A stretch of 64,000 bases of DNA from Escherichia coli (GTDB taxonomy: Bacteria; Pseudomonadota; Gammaproteobacteria; Enterobacterales; Enterobacteriaceae), in the NCBI RefSeq assembly GCF_044647545.1, contig NZ_CP172818.1; one strand, written 5' to 3'. The notes beneath the pieces were generated by a model. It was not told where the DNA came from. It made no database searches and saw nothing but the letters and a program-made list of their open reading frames with translations. Below, piece by piece: positions 60,514 through 64,000 of the stretch. Each line of letters begins with the position of its first letter. Within the stretch, counting starts at the first letter, position 1. The translations under genes and the position numbers were made by a program.

Positions 60514-60527
60514 CCCTGCCCCGGAAG

Positions 60528-61391
60528 TTAAATGCTTTTACCAAAAGTATTGCATTGTGCCGGATCGCCACTGTCGAAACCACGTTTAAACCAGCTGTAG
60601 CGTTGCTGAGAAGTGCCATGTGTGAAACTGTCTGGTACTACTCGCCCCTGACTTTGCTGTTGTAAACGGTCATCGCCGATGGCCTGCGCCGCGTTCAGCG
60701 CCTCTTCCAGATCGCCGGTTTCCAGAACACCTTGCTGCTGCATACTATGCCCCCAGACACCGGCAAAACAGTCGGCCTGGAGTTCCATACGCACAGATAA
60801 GCGGTTCACTTCCGCCTGCGTCGCGTTTTGTTGCAGTTGACGAACTTTCGGCTCGATGCCTAACAGTTTCTGCACATGATGACCGACTTCATGGGCGATA
60901 ACGTACCCCTGGGCAAAATCGCCATCCGCGCCAAGTTTGTCTTTCATGTCATCATAGAAGGAGAGATCGATATAAACCGTGCCATCCGCCGGGCAATAGA
61001 ACGGTCCCATAATGGATTGGCCCGCCCCGCAGCCGGTGCGCGTCATTCCACGGTACATGACCAGCTTCGGTTGCTGATAGGTTTTACCCATCTTCTCGAA
61101 TTGCTGTCCCCAGGTGTCTTCCGTGGTTGCCAAAATCACCGAAGTGAATTTTGCGGCTTCGTCTTCATTAGGACTAATTGACCGTGTTGATTGCTGTTGG
61201 GAAACCGGCTGTCCGGTCATCAACCCGGTTAAATCAACGCCATAGTAGCCTGCAACCAGCACGACTATCAGTAAAATCAGCCCGCCTTTACCGCTTGGCA
61301 GGCGAAAACCTGGACCGCCCATTGACGGACCGCCGGAGCTATTGCGCCTGTCTTCAACATTGTCACTTTCACGTCGCCCTTGCCAACGCAT
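60528..61391 (-). CDS. ypfJ: putative zinc metallopeptidase YpfJ (287 aa)
   Basis: [51 protein letters not shown]...; HEVGHH zinc-binding motif. Confidence 0.9.
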
Positions 61392-61558
61392 AGATACCTC
61401 AACAATATATTCATTATAGAAATGATCGTAGGTGGTTCAGAGGAAGATTACCACAGGAAAGCGGGATGAAATGGCGGAGGAATGAGCGTTCAATACTCAT
61501 CTTATGAGAGCGGTTGTCTTGCCGTGCCAGCAGCACGGCAAGATGATGAATAAAAAAA

Positions 61559-62272
61559 TCAGTCCAGCTGTACACCCAAGCGGCGGGCAACGGCTTCATA
61601 GGCTTCGATCAGGCCACCGAGGCTCTGGCGGAAACGGTCTTTGTCCATTTTCTCCAGCGTTTCTTTGTCCCACAGACGGCTGCCGTCCGGGGAGAACTCA
61701 TCGCCCAGAACTACTTCGCCTTTGTACAGACCAAACTCCAGCTTGAAGTCGACCAGAATGAGACCAGCATCATCGAACAGTTTTTTCAGCACGTCGTTCG
61801 CTTTGTAGGTCAGCTCTTTCATACGCGCCAGGTTCTCTTTGCTCACCCAGCCAAAGGTTTCGCAGTAAGATTCGTTGACCATCGGATCGTGCATGGCGTC
61901 GTTTTTCAGGAACAGATCGAACAGTGGCGGGTTCAGCTCAATACCTTCTTCGATTCCAAGACGTTTCACCAGAGAGCCAGCAGCACGGTTACGCACGACA
62001 CACTCAACCGGCACCATATCCAGCTTTTTCACCAGACATTCGGTATCGGAGAGCAGACGCTCCATTTGAGTCGGGATACCCGCTTCAGCCAGTTTGCTCA
62101 TAATGAAGTAGTTGAACTTGTTGTTCACCATACCTTTGCGATCAAACTGCTCAATGCGCGCGCCATCCCCTGCTGACGTATCATTGCGGAATTCGAGCAC
62201 CAACAGGTCCGGGTTTTCCGTGCTGTATACGGTTTTCGCTTTACCACGATACAACTCAGCTTGCTTTTGCAT
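61559..62272 (-). CDS. purC: SAICAR synthetase PurC (237 aa)
   Basis: ORF track 61559..62281; start taken at [40 protein letters not shown]...; ATG at 62270-62272. Confidence 0.97.
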
Positions 62273-62335
62273 CTTTATCACTCCTGGGTGTGAATTAACG
62301 TTTTAAAATCTATTGCTGTCTGGTGTGCCGGATGT

Positions 62336-62374
<39 letters not shown>

Positions 62375-62484
62375 CCGACAAACAAATTTCGTGCGAATTA
62401 CCGCTAAAATCGCGTTTTTCTGCCGACGCACACGTTTGCGTATCATATCAGAAAAAAGGGCCGGATGACTCCAGCCCTGTATTT

Positions 62485-63519
62485 TTACTTGCTAAACGCA
62501 GCCTGGAAGACAGCTACCAGCGCGTCGTTCTGACTCTGAGTCAGAGTATGACCTTTCGGATCGATGAACTGTAGGCTGCTGCGGTTATCTAAATCGCCAA
62601 CCTGCAGTTTATAGTCACCGGATGCCAGACCTGGATCGCTCGCGCCCAGTTCGTGCCATTCGCTGTCAGACAGCGGCTTGTAAGTTACGGCCATGTTGCC
62701 CTGCGAACGGGTGCTGTCGGTCACTTTCATGCCCACTTTTTCCAGCGCAGCTGGCAGACGTTGCCAAACCACATTGAACGGCCCGCGTACGACCAGCATT
62801 GGTAAACCGGTGTCATCAGCTGCACTTTGTACGTCCATAGTGGTGGAGGCACGATTTTGCGCAGCGTTCGCGGCGTCAGTGGCAGATTTATCCAGACCGG
62901 CGGAAATAACGTTCATCATCTCCGTGCTGTAACGCTGCATGGAAGCCGCGTCTGCAACCGGTTTGCCCGCCTGTTCCAGGTTCAGCAGTTTAACCGTAAC
63001 CGCCTGCTGATAACCCTGCGGCTTAACAGAGATTTGATAACGACCACGATACTGCTCGTCTTCGTCCAGACGGTTCCATTGTACCCAATCGGTGGTCAGT
63101 GTCTGACCAGCATCATCACGTTGGGTGATGGTGTAGTTTTTCGCCTGCAGCACGCTAACCACCTGCGGCCACAGAGTATTGCCACGACCATTTTCCACCA
63201 GCAATGAAGCGGTATCGCCCGTGAACTGGGTACGCGCGCCAGAAACCAGTGCCAGCGGCTGGGCTGGTGGACGAATGTCCAGCGCCTTACCGACAGCACC
63301 ACTACCGTTGGTCACCGGGATTGCATAATCACCGGAGGTCACCGGCAAAATCATTCCAGCCGGGGCATGAAGCTCCGCAAGCGGTGCCGCTTCCAGGTAG
63401 GCTTCATCACCACTGACCTGACGCTTATAGCGTGAGTCAGAACTACAGGCAGCGAGTAATAAAACAAGCGAAACACCCGCAACCTTTGCCAGGCGCGACT
63501 TTTGAACAGAGTAAGCCAT
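62485..63519 (-). CDS. bamC: outer-membrane assembly lipoprotein BamC / NlpB (344 aa)
   Basis: ORF track 62485..63522; start taken at [47 protein letters not shown]...; lipobox LAAC. Confidence 0.95.
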   Translation of the reverse strand: MAYSVQKSRLAKVAGVSLVLLLAACSSDSRYKRQVSGDEAYLEAAPLAELHAPAGMILPVTSGDYAIPVTNGSGAVGKALDIRPPAQPLALVSGARTQFTGDTASLLVENGRGNTLWPQVVSVLQAKNYTITQRDDAGQTLTTDWVQWNRLDEDEQYRGRYQISVKPQGYQQAVTVKLLNLEQAGKPVADAASMQRYSTEMMNVISAGLDKSATDAANAAQNRASTTMDVQSAADDTGLPMLVVRGPFNVVWQRLPAALEKVGMKVTDSTRSQGNMAVTYKPLSDSEWHELGASDPGLASGDYKLQVGDLDNRSSLQFIDPKGHTLTQSQNDALVAVFQAAFSK

Positions 63520-63535
63520 CAAATCTCCCTAAACT

Positions 63536-63999
63536 TTACAGCAAACCGGCATGCTTAAGCGCCGCTCTGACCGTCTCACGACCACTGTCGGTGATTGGTG
63601 TCATTGGCAGGCGCAGCGTATCGGTCGCCACAAGACCCAGTTCCTTACATGCCCATTTCACAGGGATTGGATTGGGTTCGACAAATAGTTTGTTGTGTAA
63701 TGGCATCAGACGCTGATTAATAACGCGTGCCTCGGCAAAATGCCCTTCTGCTGCCAGTTTGCACATCTGGGCCATATCACGCGCTGCGACGTTAGCCGTA
63801 ACGGAAATAACCCCATGACCGCCCAATTGCATGAAGTCCAGCGCGCTCGCATCATCGCCGCTCAGCAGAACAAAATCATCTGAAACCAGCTCTTTGATCT
63901 GGTTTACACGCGTTAAGTTCCCTGTTGCCTCTTTGATTCCGATAATATTTTTTACTTTCGCCAGACGGCCCACCGTTTCCGGGAGCAGATCGCAGCCAG
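63536..63999 (-). CDS. dapA: 4-hydroxy-tetrahydrodipicolinate synthase DapA, 3' portion (5' end beyond window)
   Basis: C-terminal sequence ...[70 protein letters not shown]...KHAGLL; the frame stays open to the window edge. Confidence 0.95.
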
Positions 64000-64000
64000 T

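Overview
The window reads as an Escherichia coli K-12-like core chromosome segment running from the 3' end of yfeH through ypeB-ligA-zipA, the cysteine genes (cysZ, cysK, cysM, cysAWUP), ptsHI-crr, pdxK, murRQP, yfeW-yfeX-yfeY-yfeZ-ypeA, amiA-hemF, a complete 17-gene ethanolamine-utilisation (eut) microcompartment operon with eutR, then maeB, talA-tktB, ypfG, nudK, aegA, narQ, acrD, ypfM, yffB-dapE-ypfN, ypfH, tmcA, ypfJ, purC, bamC and the 3' part of dapA. Gene identities rest on reading the supplied translations (recognised proteins, lengths, synteny); no database search was run. Starts were refined from the ORF track by residue offset where the track had extended an ORF upstream. I found no unrecognised protein-coding system, and no CRISPR array, tRNA/rRNA, IS element or integrase. 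Three things do not fit a plain core-genome reading: (1) a ~0.6-0.8 kb adenine-rich, homopolymer-laden, non-coding tract in an unusually long eutS-maeB spacer, which is the strongest anomaly; (2) the eutA/eutB junction, where eutB has no in-frame canonical start codon covering its conserved N-terminal residues, at the site where K-12 carries the CPZ-55 prophage (absent here); (3) yfeK and cysM converge with only 2 bp between stop codons, with no yfeS gene between them as I recall for K-12. The remaining intergenic features are REP elements and hairpin terminators.
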